From NCBI GenBank assembly GCA_951406725.2, contig OX597824.1, positions 77,562,001 through 77,626,000 on the forward strand: DNA of 64,000 nt, in the 5' to 3' direction. The position numbers and the translations under genes were made by a program. Positions 1 through 12,596 of this stretch are shown piece after piece (positions within the stretch are counted from its first letter, which is position 1; each line of letters starts with the position of its first letter). Source of the stretch: Octopus vulgaris (taxonomy: Eukaryota). The notes below the pieces were generated by a model. It was given only the letters and a program-made list of their open reading frames with translations. It was not told where the DNA came from and did not search any database.

Positions 1-64
1 AAAGATATAGATTTACATAATTTATTAATAGTATTTTCCTATTTTCTAGTTATATAATTCAATT

Positions 65-320
65 TTAACGGAAGACCGGCCATATATGTTTATGTGGGCG
101 TATATGTTTTGCTGCGTGTGCTTGTGTGTGAGTGTGTGAGAGTGTGTGCGTGTGCATGTGTGAGTGTGTGTCTGAATGTGTGTGCTCGTGTTTGTGCGTG
201 CGTGTAATGTAATTCGCTATGGTTTGGTGATAATAAGAAGTTGATATATGAGAACCATATACATATGTTCTAGAATAAAGTGTTTTATGTACGTATGTAT
301 GTATGTATCTGTATATATAT

Positions 321-377
<57 letters not shown>

Positions 378-426
378 GACACAGACACTGACACACGCAT
401 ATACAAACCCACTAATCATTCATACA

Positions 427-489
<63 letters not shown>

Positions 490-548
490 TATACATATGC
501 ATATATGTATATATGTATATGTATACATATACATGTATATATATATAC

Positions 549-581
<33 letters not shown>

Positions 582-1128
582 CATATATATATATATCTAT
601 CCATACATATACACATATGCATATATATATACATATATATATATATACACACACATATATATGAATAGTTAGTGGGCTGTTGTGTAGATGTATGTGCGTG
701 TGTGTGAATATGTATACGTATATGTATATTCACACGCATAAAGGCAAATGTATATGAATGTGAATAGATAGACATACAGACGGGTAGGTACATTGGTAAT
801 ATGAACAGACAAGCACACATACACAAACGCATACGCAATTGAAGCCTGAAAAGGATGACCATATATACACACATATTGAAACACACATCCATACATAGAG
901 ACTCAATACATAGTCACAAAACCCATGCACACACAGAGACACACTCAGATATGCCCAGACAAGGAGACAGAGGTACACATGCAGACATGCAAGCACACAT
1001 ACACATACACATAAAAACATAAACACGATCACACAAACACATGAATATGCAGCATGAATACATACAAACATACACACATACATTCATATATACATACGTA
1101 TACACACACATACATACACACACATACA

Positions 1129-1162
<34 letters not shown>

Positions 1163-1215
1163 CATACATACATACATATATGTGCATGTGCACACACATT
1201 GACACACGCACAAAC
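65..1215. repeat. Compound microsatellite region (TG/CA, TA, TACA)
   Basis: Runs of (CA)n, (TA)n and (TACA)n; the overlapping ORFs are YI/HT/VC dipeptide artefacts. Confidence 0.95.
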
Positions 1216-1247
1216 AAACAGAAAGAACGCAGCTCGGATAACGTACA

Positions 1248-1382
1248 GAGTCAACGACTACTGAAAAGGTTGCAAGACGCAACGAAAATTTTAGGAAAAA
1301 ATAAATAAATGAGTGGAAACTTTATAGGTGTGTGTGTTAAATAATAAGGCACTAAAAGAGAATGACCCTCCCCAGGCACAAC
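1248..1382 (+). repeat. Unclassified dispersed repeat, copy 1
   Basis: aacgactactgaaaaggttgcaagacgcaacgaaaattttag...ctccccaggcacaa recurs at 22779-22915. Confidence 0.8.
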
Positions 1383-1383
1383 A

Positions 1384-1428
<45 letters not shown>

Positions 1429-1546
1429 TATATATATCGCCCCTCCTTAATTCTTCTATCTCTCTGCGTCTACCACTCTCTCTTCTCTCCAGACGTGACA
1501 GGTGTTCGGCAGGCCTGACGTTTCTTTCTTGGTTGGACTACTGTCC

Positions 1547-1771
1547 GAGCTGGCAGAAACGTTAGCACGCCGGGCGAAATGCGTAGCCGTATTTCGTCTG
1601 TCGTTATGTTCCGAGTTCAAATTCCGCCGAGGTCGACTTTGCCTTTCATCCTTTCGGGGTCGATAAATTAAGTACCAGTTACGCACTGGGGTCGATGTAA
1701 TCGACTTAATCCGTTTGTCTGTCCTTGTTTGTCCCCTCTGTATTTAGCCTCTTGTGGGTAGTAAAGAAATA
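1547..1771 (+). mobile_element. tRNA-derived SINE, family A
   Basis: Head gagctggcagaaacgttagc, B-box-like gagttcaaattcc, core gcctttcatcctttcggggtcgataaattaagtaccag, tail ttgtgggtagtaaagaaata; many copies in window. Confidence 0.9.
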
Positions 1772-2154
1772 TATATTCCTTCCTGTGCTTGTCAAAACTA
1801 AGGTCTCTGCCGTAAGGCTTTACTTCCACACACGCCAGCTGAATTTAATACGTCTTTAGTCGAAAGACACCTGTTGTTATTTCCTGTTATTTATATTTGT
1901 GTAGCATTTCTCTTTTTTTTTCCGTCCTTGTTTGGTATACATTCGCTCCTTTCTTCCAAGGAATGTAATTTTCTTAGCTTATTTTTCCTTGGGGCTGGCC
2001 AGATTGGAGCAATCTCGAGTATAACCAGCCGAAATTGCAAAGATAATATGGAACTCGACTGAGGATAGAAGACTCCAAATGATCCGTCCTTGTTTTCCTT
2101 GTATCGTCTGTGTGGATGTCTTGCGTCCTTGTCCTAGTTTTGTATTTTATATAC

Positions 2155-2218
<64 letters not shown>

Positions 2219-2510
2219 GCGTGCGTGTGTGTATGTATAACAATGAAGAAAGAAGTGATATAGATATCCACTTTATACATCTCAACCAATTAGCGCTCAA
2301 ACAGAGTTTCAAGAATATGAAATTAAGCAGGAGAGAAGACAAGTTCCAAGGTCGATGTATGTATTGATTCAATCAATATTAGCGAAAGTCTCCATGGTGT
2401 ACAAAATACATACATAGATGCATTCATCTAAATGATATATAAAAAATTTCTAAGAATTTAGAAATACATACATATACACGAAAATTTATAAATATATAAA
2501 AATTTATAGA

Positions 2511-2720
2511 CGTGGCTGTGTGGTAAGTAGCTTGCTAACCAAACACATGGTTCCGGGTTCAGTCCCACTGCGTGGCATCTTGGGCAAGTGTCTTCTGCTA
2601 TAGCCCCGGGCCGACCAATGCCTTGTGAGTGGATTTGGTAGGCGGAAACTGAAAGAAGCCTGTCGTATATATGTATATATATATATATATATATAAGTGT
2701 GTGTGTATATGATTGTGTGT
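2511..2720 (+). mobile_element. tRNA-derived SINE family B, 5' half
   Basis: gtggctgtgtggtaag (A-box-like), gggttcagtccc (B-box-like), ttgggcaagtgtctt core, ends in the internal microsatellite. Confidence 0.85.
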
Positions 2721-2877
2721 CTTACGGCCGTTTCGAGAAGATATAGGTTGCTATGGGCTGCTAGATGTAGGTTGCTTCGAAAAAAATATATATTTATGTA
2801 TGTATGTGTAAATTCTTAGAAATTTTTATATATCATATAGATGAATGCATCTTTCTTTTATTCTTTTATCTCTGATA

Positions 2878-3290
2878 TTTGTTTCAGTCATTTGACTGCG
2901 GCCATGCTGGAGCACCGCCTTTAGTCGAACAAATCGACCCCAGGTCTTATTCTTTGTAGGCTTCTTATTCTATATTTAGCTGAACTGGGAAGTCACGGGA
3001 ACGTAAACACAACATCGGTTGTTAAGTGATGTTGGGGGGACAAACACAGATACTACATATACACATACATATAGACATACATATACATATGCATACACAC
3101 ACACACACATACACACACATACACACACACATATGTATGTATACGACGGAGATCTTTTCAGTTTCCTTCTACCAAATCCACTCAACAGGATCTGGTCAGC
3201 CCGTAGCTATAGTTAAGATACTTGCCCAAGGTGCCACGCACTGGGACTGGTTGAGAAGTAGGCTTCTCCCCACACAACCACGCCTGCGGG
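2878..3290 (-). mobile_element. SINE family B, near full length with deletions
   Basis: Reverse complement of the B consensus: gtttcagtcatttgactgcggccatgctggagcaccgcc ... cttgcccaaggtgccacgca. Confidence 0.85.
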
Positions 3291-3338
3291 TAAATGCAAA
3301 ACAACACCACAGAGAAATCGACGTATGCTTAAACAATA

Positions 3339-3396
3339 AACCGCGACAGGTGAACCGCGATAGGTGAACCGCGATCGGTGAACCACGATTTGGTGA
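3339..3396. repeat. 14-bp minisatellite, about 4 copies
   Basis: aaccgcgacaggtg / aaccgcgataggtg / aaccgcgatcggtg / aaccacgatttggtg. Confidence 0.85.
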
Positions 3397-3404
3397 AGGA
3401 TTAC

Positions 3405-3524
3405 TCTATATATGAATGTATATGCATATATGCATATAAATGTGTATATATATATATATACACATATAATATATAATATAAATATGTATGCATATGTATA
3501 TATATATATACGTATATATATGTA

Positions 3525-3562
<38 letters not shown>

Positions 3563-3591
3563 CATATAATATATGATATGAATATGTATGC

Positions 3592-3632
<41 letters not shown>

Positions 3633-3757
3633 ATGATATAAATAATATGTGTGTGTGTATCTCTGTCTCCACGTGTGTGCATGTCTGATAAATAGATAGA
3701 TAGATTGACAGACAGACAGACAGACAGACAGATAAATAGATAGACAGATAGATAGAC

Positions 3758-3824
<67 letters not shown>

Positions 3825-4060
3825 AAAAAATCACGTGAACCAAAATAGTTATAATTATTTCCATGTGCACGCATACACCCACAAGTGCACGGAAAAATGG
3901 TCAGATGCATATTCACATTAAATCATAAATGTATACACACAGCTGCACCCACACACTTTCAAGAAGTCTGAACTGAACAACTGAACTACTTGACACATTT
4001 AACACGCCCATACATGTGTACATATATATACATGGATGCATACATACATACATACATACA

Positions 4061-4094
<34 letters not shown>

Positions 4095-4158
4095 CGTACG
4101 TACGTACATACATACATACATACATACATACATACATACGTATGTATATATGTATACA

Positions 4159-4196
<38 letters not shown>

Positions 4197-4228
4197 TATA
4201 CGTATATATATATATATGTATACGTATG

Positions 4229-4261
<33 letters not shown>

Positions 4262-4442
4262 GTATATATATGTATATATACGTATATATATATATATATA
4301 TATATATATACGTATGCGTATCTCTCTCTCCATCTCTGTCTATATATATATATATATACATATGTATGCATGTATATCTATCTATCTATTTATCTATTTA
4401 TCTATCTCCCTATCTCTCTATTTCTCTCTCTATCTATATACG

Positions 4443-4539
<97 letters not shown>

Positions 4540-4540
4540 C
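3405..4540. repeat. Compound microsatellites (TA, GATA, GA, TACA)
   Basis: Seen directly. Confidence 0.95.
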
Positions 4541-5078
4541 AAAATATTCACATATTTACGTGAGCATGTGTGTGGGTATGTACGCATTGAGAAAGATGGA
4601 AAGAAAGATGAACATAGAAACGGACGGACAAACAGACAGGGAAGGAGATATACATACCTTCATATGTGTCTAAATAGAGGAAGGATGTTGCTTAAGGACG
4701 GTTTACAGTTGTTCTCCTTGAAACCATTTGAAATAAGTGAGGTCAACAAGGAATCAGATGCTTTTGACCGTCACCGATGGAGAAATCGGGTTAAGGATGG
4801 CGCAGACATATTTGAAAAAATTGCATATTTCCTTTGCATAATTTAAGCAAGCTGCACGAAAACATACCGAAATTGTTGAAGTGGACTGTTTTTGTATGTT
4901 TTGGTTTTTGCGATATATGTAGTCGTACAATTTTTTTTCTTCTGTGTGGTAGTTACTACATGACAACAACGCAGTCATTCAGCTATATGTATATCAGCTC
5001 AGATGAAAGTTGAAGTTAGCAATTGGATAACATATGATGTAATACACACACACACACACACAACACACTCAAACATAT

Positions 5079-5109
<31 letters not shown>

Positions 5110-5134
5110 CATACATATATATGTATATATATAT

Positions 5135-5231
5135 AAAGGGAAAGTTTACGAAAATATACAAAAGACGAACGCAGGTGGTGTACAAACAAACAGATGTATT
5201 AGTATAGCGCTCAGGAACAGAAAAAAGTCTT

Positions 5232-5235
<4 letters not shown>
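5135..5235 (-). repeat. Fragment of non-coding family Y (Penelope pLTR-like) between (TA)n tracts
   Basis: aaaagacgaacgcaggtggtgtacaaacaaacagatgtattagtatagcgctcagg matches 37925-38120 and, inverted, 54735-54895. Confidence 0.65.
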
Positions 5236-5281
<46 letters not shown>

Positions 5282-5291
5282 TATACATACA

Positions 5292-5323
<32 letters not shown>

Positions 5324-7236
5324 GCATATACATACATACATATATATATATTTATATATATATATATATATATATATGCATATATATATGTATATATATG
5401 CATATATGTATACGTATGTATCTACATCTATTTATCTATAGATAGATAGATGACTGCGTGCGATAAGAACTGGTGCATTCAAACAGAAATTCCCATCGCC
5501 ATTGATGTTCGAATAAGTTATCTCTCCGTTCGACAATCACCATCGTGCATTTCATAATCATAGGGAAACCATGGAAAGAACGCCAGGTAATATATAAGGA
5601 GTGATGACTAAAGCCCTTTGAAATTGATGCTACAACATCAATTTCAAAATCTGTAGACCAATGCCTGAAACCAGTGAAAGATAAATTGAAAAATACAACC
5701 CTTTCGAAGGGTTATGCTGTAATGTTAAGCTAGAAGATCGACCGAAATATTCTGTATTTTACCTGTAATTTTTCTCAGCTATCTTCAAATTTTAATTGAA
5801 GCAGTTATATCGTTTCCTGATGGAATAAATGTCACGCATTTCACATTTCCACTGAACTGTTTATTCTATTTTTTTTCATATCTCTATTACCGAATCCCTA
5901 ATACTTTGTTTAACGCCTTTTGATTTTCCTTTGCATTCCGAGTACGAAACCTGCCCTATTTATTATTTATGTTTTCCATATTTCGTGGTTTGATGAAGTA
6001 GCCGTCAGTGAAATACTAAGTTATGTAAATTTATCGAAAGCTTTTATCTTGCATATAATTAGTTCTCTCAAAATGTTTCTTTATCTATCCAACGATATGA
6101 CTCCTTTCAAGAGAAAGTGGAAGTCTTTAATGAGCTAACACGGGATACTTAATTAATTCTGCAAAGGGGAGCTTTTTGGGAGCATTCATTAAACTAGTGA
6201 AGGTGCATTCAGGAAACCAGAGTTGACATAGACCAGTTACCCGATGGCTCAAATATTAATGAACGTATATATATCTATATATGAAACAAGAACAGCAATA
6301 GTAATAACAATTATTGTATTATAGATTTTAATTTTGTACTTAATGCAATAATTTAATGAAGGAGAGCTAAAGTTTCGACATTACGTAAAATTTGAAATGA
6401 AAATTCTTTTATGACGTCATTTCAATCGTGATATTCCTCCCGTCGAGAAAATTGAAGGGAGATAACAAATTTGATATTCTATGCAAAAAAAAAAGAAAAA
6501 AAATCTATGTTGAAAATCAAATCTGGAGGCACCAGCTTTGAGGTGGACAAAAGTATGTATGGTCTTGTAGATAAGAAAGTTGCTAACAATCACGTGTTTC
6601 CAGATTTGATCTTACTGCTCAAAAGTTGATCTTACTGCTTCACAATAAGATTGAATAAAGCCGTTTGAATGAAATTTACTTGACGTAATCTATGCTGATA
6701 CCGTATTAAATTGACTGAAACCGTTTTGGGGGAGGTTGGCTTAATCTGTTGCGCGATTTAACATTGCGTGGCCTTTGTGTACCCCCAGAAGTGTCTAGCA
6801 TGATGCAAATATTTGGTCCAGGAATCCGGCCTAATCAATATCTCCATGTAGTTTTACTTATAACAGTAACTAATAAGACCTAGTCTCTGGCTCACTAGTC
6901 AGTAGCTGTATCAAAGAACCCCCTCCCACAACATTAGAATCATGGGTACTCAAATAACACGTCAAAATTGCTTTGCAGCATTTAGATATAATCGTCAAAC
7001 TCAGCTAAAGTTGATTTACACCCCCTTTTCATTCATCCAAAATACGTTTAAAATATATCGCACGTCAAACTCTAAGGTCAATAAAACGGATATATCTTTG
7101 CCCAAAATTTTTCGGCAATATTAGCGGTGAATAACAGAATCAGTGGAGCGTCGGTTAATATAAATACAAACTGTGTTCTGAGTACAAGTACCACCCGTAT
7201 TGATTTTGATATTTAAACAACACAATGAGAAATGTA

Positions 7237-8728
7237 CGAGGTGCATTCAGAAAGTATTCTGAAAATATTTCCTCGTCAAAACTAATGCTGTGTGGGTGTA
7301 ATTCTTTGGGTGGGAGATGACACCACCCTTCCTGCGTATGTGTGAAAGTTTTTGCATCGGAACTCTGTGTCAGTTTCCGGCTGTTACGCTTAGTGTACAG
7401 ACGTGTAGTGCGCGTTCGTCGGATTTTCGTTTTCACTGAACGCATGGAGTAGAGATATTGCACCAAGTTTTGTTAAAAGTTTATTCACACTCAAGCTCAA
7501 ACCGTCCTGAAGATTCAGCAAGCCATTGACGATAACCTCATGAGCACAACTCTGATCAAGGAATGGTACAACCGCTTCGAACATGGCCGCACCTCAGTGG
7601 CGAGAGAGGCGCGCTCAGGCAGGCCATCCATAAGCCGAAACGAGGAGTCGATCCAGAAGGTTCGGCGAATAGTTATGGAAGACTGTCGTGTATTAATCCA
7701 GGAAATTGCTTATGAAGTGGGAATAGGCGCAGAATCATTGCATTTCATTTTACCAGAGCGTTTGCGCATGCGAGAGTGTCTGTGAAATTCGTCCCCAAGG
7801 CCCTGGAGGAGCAACAGAGGCAACTTTGCAGGGAAATCGTTCAGAACATTTTGGACTGTGCCAACTACAACTTAGACTTCACAAAGACCGTCACAACTGG
7901 GCTTATGGTCGGAAGCATCTTATTTCTTTATTGCCCACAAGGGGCTAAACACAGAGGGGACAAACAAGGACAGACAAAGGGATTAAGTCGATTACATCGA
8001 CCCCAGCGCATAACTGGTACTTAATTTATCGACCCCGAAAGGATGAAAGGCAAAGTCGACCTCGGCGGAATATTAACTCAGAACGTAACGGCAGACGAAA
8101 TACGACTAAGCATTTCGCCCGGCGTGCTAACGTTTCTGCCAGTTCGCCTATGGTCGGAAACATCTGTCTTCAGCAAGGCCCCGAAACGTTTGCAGCAATG
8201 TGAAGGTATGTTAACCTGTTTCTTTGAATACACACTACAATTCCAAAACAATCAATAAAGAATACTACCCGGATGTTATAGATCGCCTTCGTGATACTGC
8301 GTCTCGAAAGCGGCCGGACATACGAGCGGTAAAGAAGTGGCAACTTCACCACGACAATGCGCCCATTCAATCCGCTCACGCAATCCAAGCTTCTCTGGTC
8401 AAGAACAACACACCATTTGTTTAACAGGCTTTCTACTTTCCTAACTTGACCCTTGCGACTTCTGGCTCTTCTTTAAACTGAAAACTATGCTGAAAAGGGA
8501 AGTCATTTGAGTCATGAGAGGAAATTATGAGAAAAGTGACAGCGAAACTGCATATCATTCAAGAGAAGGCGTTCCAGGGGTGTTACAAGCAGTGGCAGAA
8601 CCGCTGGGAGAAGTGTGTGAACTTCGAAGAGGGGTATTTTGAAGGTGATCAAAAATGGAATTTGTGAAATGTATAAAATGGTTTTTTTTTTAATGCCCAA
8701 AATTCGGATACCTTTTGAATGCACATCG
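7237..8728 (+). mobile_element. Mariner (DD34D-type) DNA transposon, decayed, both TIRs present
   Basis: TA-cgaggtgcattcagaaagtattc ... ggataccttttgaatgcacatcg-TA; transposase relics WYNRFEHGRTSV..RSGRPS, KFVPK, WQLHHDNAP; frameshifts and stops. Confidence 0.9.
7921..8148 (-). mobile_element. SINE family A nested in the mariner
   Basis: Full A copy flanked by 17-bp TSD tatggtcggaa(g/a)catct (7904-7920 / 8149-8165). Confidence 0.92.
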
Positions 8729-9102
8729 TATGTGTGATTGCAGACCATATCTATTGACATAGCAATTATGATCACTACAGGTCAGTGACATTAATTTCAA
8801 GACCGCAAAGGTTGTCGGTAGGTTAATGATCGGAGAATACTTAATTTTCAGAAAGCTTATTGAATAACATATCTGTATCAATTGTCACGTGTTGTAAACA
8901 TCTGGTTACACAAGAGAGATAAAATTGTTCCGATCGATTTTGAATGCAAAATTATTATGCAAGAAACGTTCCTTTTAAGGAATTCAAGTATCGATGTTTA
9001 CTTTTGCATTTTCCCCCAATTTTCATATTATGATATTTTACATACAAACAAAAAAATACATGCACGTATTGAAACATATGTATGTAAATATAGATACATA
9101 CA

Positions 9103-9196
<94 letters not shown>

Positions 9197-9207
9197 AAAT
9201 ATATACC

Positions 9208-9902
9208 CTGTCATTTCCAGCAGGTAGACATACTCAGTATTTCCTTTGATTTATATATATTTTAATCCTTCAACTTTTTAATGCTTTTTGGGGCCTGCAA
9301 TCGCGTATATTATTAATTCTGTTATTAGCAACTTACCTCTATTACCCTAGATAATAATAGAGTTAATAATATCTTCACAAATATTCACTCTTGAATTATT
9401 TGCTCCTTATTGGAATTCTTTTCACACTGAGACTGCTATGAGTTGGCACAAAACATCAGTGCATTGCAGACTTCAATGTGACGGATTGGAGGAATTTTTC
9501 ATCGTGGTAAAATGTGCTGAGGAAGTTAAGGCTATAATTCCTGTCCAGAAACCGATCCACGTGAGTCCGAACACTAAGAATATATAGGTGGATGCTATAT
9601 AGGTATGTTGAATGATTTTCTTGACCCATTTGATCGCATACTGTTGACGTCTGTAGTTGATATCAGTATTATTTTTTCGACGGTTTAAATAAAAGTTTTG
9701 ACTGTTATTTCCAGCAGGAAGACATTCTTAGTATGTCCTTTGATTAAGATGAATTTTAATCCTTCAGCTATTTAATGCTTTTGGTGTGCTGCAATCCCCT
9801 ATATTATTAATTCTGCTATCCTCAATCAACTTATATTACCTTAGATAATAATATAGTTAATATCTTCGCAAATATTCGCTTCTCAATTATTTGCTCCTTA
9901 TT
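9208..9902 (+). mobile_element. Non-coding family X: two ~200-bp direct repeats flanking a spacer with a degenerate hammerhead motif
   Basis: 9208-9411 matches 9700-9902 (atttccagcagg...aattatttgctccttatt); spacer holds gtg-CTGAGGA...GAAAccgaTC-cac; preceded by (TA)n. Confidence 0.65.
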
Positions 9903-10086
9903 TCACACACACACCCCCACACACACACACACCCACACACACATGCATACAGAGAGAGTGAGATGGGTAATTTATTATTTTTTCTCTTTCGCGTATGAAC
10001 ATTGTTTACTTTCGATTATGTTTATTACTGTTATTTTACTACACTATTTTAAGTCCTGTCCATTGTCCGGAAATTTTTCGTCACAC

Positions 10087-10124
<38 letters not shown>

Positions 10125-10127
<3 letters not shown>

Positions 10128-10290
10128 TAAATGAAAGAATGGAGTTGAACGACGATTTAACAAAATTCCTTTATTCTCGACACGTGATTTCTGCCCTTGG
10201 CATGTAGCTTCAACCGTGCTTTCTGACGTAAATTTGCTACCCGGGTATCGGTTAACCGAATTATCCATACTAGGATAATTCATTCAACTA

Positions 10291-10292
<2 letters not shown>
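10125..10292. repeat. Non-coding family Z fragment between (TA)n tracts
   Basis: tgctacccgggtatcggttaaccgaattatccat..gataattcattcaactac recurs at 49430-49485. Confidence 0.7.
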
Positions 10293-10323
<31 letters not shown>

Positions 10324-10341
10324 ATGGACAGACAGACAGAC

Positions 10342-10473
<132 letters not shown>

Positions 10474-10476
10474 GAA

Positions 10477-11145
10477 TGGTAGAACCATTTGCACGCCGAG
10501 CAAAATGCTTAGCGGCATTTCGTCGTCCGTCTGTACGATATAAATTCAAATTCTGCTGAGATCGAACTTATCTTTCATCCCTTTTGGGTGTCGATAACAT
10601 AAGTACGAGTTGTGCACTCTTCTTCTTCTTGTCTTGAGACAGCATTCACCCGGGGTGGGTTGAGCTGGCTTCATTCATCCTCAATGCTGCATCTCTCACA
10701 AACGCCGACCAGGCCTGGCGATTTGAGACTAACGACCACGTGATCTCCAACCACACCTTATTCCAGCGACGAACGGCGTAGACATGGGGGCCTAGGTTGG
10801 GTTCCAGATCAGCCTTGACTGTCATCAGCCAGGTTTTTCGTTGTCCACCACGTCGTTTTCGCCAACTCTGAAGGGGAGCTGGGGCAATTGCTTCGTAGAT
10901 GAATTCTCCTGGTTGACGACGGAGGGCATGACCCAGCCAACGCAGACGACTCGTTAGGATGACATGTCGGAGGGAGGTGATTTTGCACTGGTGTCGCATC
11001 GAATTGTTAAAGTCAAAGTGAAGCCATCGGACACGAAGGATGCTGCGTAGATAGAGGTGATCGAAGATTTCTAGTCGCTTAATATCTGGCTCAATGTAAT
11101 CGACATTTCTCCTCCCCCGAAAGTGCTGGCCTTTTGCTAATCTAA
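10477..11145 (+). mobile_element. Diverged SINE family A split by an RTE insertion
   Basis: 5' part 10477-10618 ends gtacgagttgtgcact; remainder ctggctcaatgtaatcgac... resumes at about 11087. Confidence 0.7.
10619..11085 (-). mobile_element. RTE-clade LINE, 5'-truncated 3' end
   Basis: ORF 10646-10999 contains RLRWLGHALRR...RKRRGGQRKTW...DL, typical of the RTE ORF2 C-terminus; short (GAA)n tail. Confidence 0.82.
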
Positions 11146-11685
11146 AACCAATATATATATATATAATACGATGTCCTCAATATATATTTTATATGCTATA
11201 TATATATTTGTATATAGGTGTATTCGACTTTTAATTATTCTACTTCATATATTCAACAGCATTTCGGTATTACCTTTTGTATTCAACTTATTGGGATGCA
11301 TCGTGCATTCAGCTGTAGCCTATCTACTTAAGAAACAGCGCACATGTATTTCTCGTTTTGAGCAGAACAAAGAACAATGATAATTTGAAATTACAGACTG
11401 AATACGCAGCAAGCCCAGGTGGCTCCACATGTCTATGCAAGAAAGATTGTTCTTCGGGAAGTTTTGCTGCAAATAAGAATAATAAGGTTTATTATGTACA
11501 TTTGTAGCTTTGCATGGAATGAGTCGAATATGTTCAAAATGTGCAAACTTTTGCAGAAACTAAATCTGCCGTCCCTTGAAAACATTTAGAAAATGTATGT
11601 AATGTGTTTGTAAGATCATATATTTGTGTGTAAATATGCATATATATTGGTAGTTTTTGAATACGAAGAGTATTTATTATAGAAA

Positions 11686-12060
11686 ACTAGCAGTATCACC
11701 CGGCGTTGCTCGTTTAGAATTGGAATTTTTTAAAAGTAAACATTTCGCATTATGTAGTTTGTTATTCTCTTTAGTTAAACATTTTTCTGGTTGAAATACA
11801 CCAAAAAATGGCGATAGAGCAGTAAAAAAATCATAAAAAATAGGGATTTTCATAGAAAAAAAGCACCTTTTTTATGTAAATAATTTTTGGTGTTAACATG
11901 GTCCGATTTGAATTTTATCTTTTGCGGAATGAAGAGCAAGTCTTCTTCTATCATACTCTCAATTTTGGTTAACCTCCACCGCAGGGTCTCGGAGGAGATA
12001 GTGTTAGTTGAAGGCTACCAAACCTGCCATACACAGACAACTTCAGCTTTATATATATAG
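11686..12060 (+). mobile_element. Non-autonomous Helitron/Helentron-like (HINE/Lep1-type) element
   Basis: Starts actagcagtatcacccggcgttgctcg and ends acagacaacttcagcttttatatatatag, resembling that class of termini. Confidence 0.55.
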
Positions 12061-12185
12061 TGATAAGATAATATAGAATAACAAGTGAATCATTAATTAC
12101 ATTTGTACATGTTCAAAGTAACCAAAGTTGTATGATGTTTGGGGAATTATAAGTATGGTTTTTAAAATTTATTTTTATATTCTCT

Positions 12186-12596
12186 ACTCTTTACTCTTTT
12201 ACTTGTTTCAGTCATTTGACTGCGGCCATGCTGGAGCACTGCCTTTAATCGAGCAACTCGACCCCGGGACTTATTCTTTTTGTAAGCCCAGTACTTATTC
12301 AATCGGTCTCTTTTGCCGAACCGCTAGGTAACGGGGACATAAACACACCAGGATCGGTTGTCAAGCAATGCTAGGGGGACAAACATAGACACACAAACAC
12401 ACACACGCATATATATATATATACATATATACGACAGGCTTCTTTCAGTTTCCATCTACCAAATCCACTCACAAGGCTTTGGTCGGCCCGAGGCTATAGT
12501 AGAAGACACTTGCCCAAAGTGGCACGCAGTGGGACTGAACCCAGAATCATGTGGTTGGTAAACAAGCTACTTACGACACAGCCACTCCTGCGCCTA
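12186..12596 (-). mobile_element. SINE family B, full length
   Basis: Complete reverse copy from the (tactctt)n tail to cagccactcctgcgcc. Confidence 0.92.

Noticed and set aside
1990-2090. Possible hammerheads (ggctgg..ccagcc-gaaa; ctgagga..)
   Set aside because: Core and stems I and III could not be assembled together; at most a decayed relic
65-5403. Numerous long ORFs rich in YI, HT and VC (also at 14.8-15.6, 18, 21-22, 25-26 and 52-59 kb)
   Set aside because: Translations of dinucleotide and tetranucleotide microsatellites that lack stop codons
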